Assembly (NCBI RefSeq): GCF_026210795.1 | Contig: NC_089433.1 | Coordinates: forward strand, 1-64,000 | Reading direction: 5' to 3' | Length of the DNA stretch: 64,000 bases | From: Rhizophagus irregularis | Lineage: Eukaryota | Part shown: one piece after another, positions 63,227 through 64,000 of the stretch | Position numbering within the stretch: the stretch's first letter is position 1 | Layout: each line of letters begins with the position of its first letter | Program-made: the position numbers and the translations under genes | Notes under the pieces: model-generated | Databases searched by the model: none | Seen by the model: only the letters and a program-made list of their open reading frames with translations | What the model was told of the DNA's origin: nothing

Positions 63227-63662
63227 TTTTTTTTTTTTTTTTTTTTTTAAAACTGTAATGCATCTTTATTAGGATTTAGAGTCAGTCAAATAAACTATCC
63301 TAAGTTACAAGACACTTAGAGCTGGTCATGCTAAACATGTAACAACCCTATAACAGAGTAATCGAACCAAACAAAAAGAAACATTACAGAAAAATAATAA
63401 AATAAATATACTACCTGAAAATAAAATATCTAAAACTAGCAAACTATACTATTTTTGAAACCTAACTATTTGAATTCTAAATTTTAAAATGTAGGATTAA
63501 AGATGAAATGTGTAATAATGTTCGAGTCTGCCATGTGCAGCTTCAAAAGATGAGTCCCAACGGTCCCACACCCAAACAGTATATTCCACCAAATCCCCTT
63601 TATACCTACGAAGAATAAAAGTTAGTATTCTAAACTAAATTGAACGAGTCAAAATAAAATAC
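63227..63662 (-). mobile_element. Polyadenylated 3' end of a non-LTR retroelement or retrocopy
   Basis: T22 run at 63227-63248, with AATAAA shortly upstream of the tail on the minus strand (TTTATT near 63265). Confidence 0.5.
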
Positions 63663-64000
63663 TTTTTTTTTTTTTTTTTTTTTATAATTTTGTTATCGGA
63701 ATCTTTTTTACGTGAATCACGTGACTTCGATTAAAAAAAAAAATAATTCATTTTTCCTCGTAAGTCTCTTCCTTCTCTCTTCACTTCTTGTTGTTCTTCT
63801 TCTTCTTCTTTTTCTTTCCACTATTCTTTTTTGATGGTGATGCCGTAGGTTCTGCTTCTTCTTCTTTTTCTTCATCAAACATCGTAAACTGGATTTTTTG
63901 TCCTTCCTCAAGTTGATAATTTGTTGTCCAGCACTCCTCAAGAATACTGTTCTCTTCATCAAACTGGTCAAGATCTGAAGGTTCCTCCTCTTTCTTCGGA
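63663..64000 (-). other. Second poly(A)-tailed segment with partial acidic/lysine-rich ORF (stop at 63781-63783)
   Basis: T21 run at 63663-63683. Minus-strand frame PKKEEEPSDLDQFDEENSILEECW...KKKKKKNNKK*. Confidence 0.4.

Noticed and set aside
63717..63971. Arg-rich 84-aa ORF
   Set aside because: It is an alternative frame of a purine-rich stretch. The frame ending at 63781 is open from the window edge and is more plausible.

Overview
AT-rich eukaryotic DNA with short GT-AG introns. The gene families and repeat landscape suggest an arbuscular mycorrhizal fungus (Glomeromycota, Rhizophagus-like); this is an inference. There are four zones. (1) 1-23442: a less AT-rich, gene-dense, partly pseudogenised virus-like element whose left end lies outside the window. 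It carries a Polinton/Maverick-type A32-like packaging ATPase next to an rve integrase and a Vsr-like endonuclease. Unexpectedly, it also carries a retrotransposon-type Gag (capsid + CCHC) and aspartic protease with no reverse transcriptase, an F-box fused to a Gag capsid C-terminal domain, and F-box, RING and nuclease cargo. It ends in a perfect 66-bp palindrome at the composition boundary. (2) 23.4-28 kb: nested MITEs. (3) 28-46 kb: host genes, namely a CCX-type cation/Ca2+ exchanger, an MCM8-like protein with degenerate ATPase motifs, an adenylate kinase-like protein, a 4CL-like acyl-CoA ligase, a cytochrome P450 and a multi-C2H2 zinc-finger protein. (4) 49-64 kb: a decayed Ty3/gypsy element (LTR, PBS, -1 frameshift pseudoknot, and a Nudix hydrolase domain at the start of pol) hit by hAT-like MITEs and truncated by an inverted fragment of a second copy of the zone-1 element. 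A MITE with a ~60-bp tandem array and poly(A) retroposed fragments follow. All family calls come from motif recognition by eye; no database search was run.
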